Positions 63,786 through 64,000 of a DNA stretch of 64,000 bases are shown here, piece after piece. Made by a program: the position numbers and the translations under genes. The DNA is taken from assembly GCA_013239625.1 (NCBI GenBank), contig MU054212.1, positions 9,286,898-9,350,897 of the forward strand. The letters are read 5' to 3'. This DNA is from Lama guanicoe. Lineage: Eukaryota. The number at the start of each line of letters is the position of its first letter. The first letter of the stretch is position 1. The notes under the pieces were generated by a model that ran no database searches, had not been told where the DNA came from, and was given only the letters and a program-made list of their open reading frames with translations.

Positions 63786-64000
63786 CTCTCTGTTCTAATA
63801 CTCTTTGAAATGAACCTTTGGATATATTGAGAGCTTAGAAACTGGTGCCTCTGCTGCCAACCTTAGTCTGCCTTTAAGCAGCCTGGGGGCTATGGTGTAG
63901 GACAGACTCTCAGAATCTTCCATTAGGTGTTTGTTTCTGTGACATTCACAAAGGGAAGGTTGCTTCCTTAATACTCCCTCATATTTTAGCAGGCACATTT

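Overview
Mammalian genomic DNA, probably camelid (Vic-1-like tRNA-Ala SINE and artiodactyl-type L1 3' ends). It holds the FHOD3-TPGS2-KIAA1328 gene block. On the + strand are the last two coding exons and 3' UTR of FHOD3. On the - strand is a complete 7-exon TPGS2 CDS (885 nt, 294 aa, all GT-AG, phases consistent). On the + strand are the first three coding exons of KIAA1328 (hinderin). TPGS2 and KIAA1328 share a CpG-island bidirectional promoter. The rest is introns with L1, ERV/LTR, MER and MIR/L2 remnants. I found no evidence for a wholly new biological system. The most interesting items are a candidate TPGS2 terminal exon antisense over the FHOD3 poly(A) signal, a U12-type intron ahead of a 36-nt KIAA1328 exon, a TSD-bounded L1 carrying about 1 kb of foreign DNA, and a 540-bp L1 5'+3' fusion element. 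Gene and repeat names come from my recollection of the families, not from database searches. Almost all entries in the ORF track are chance ORFs.
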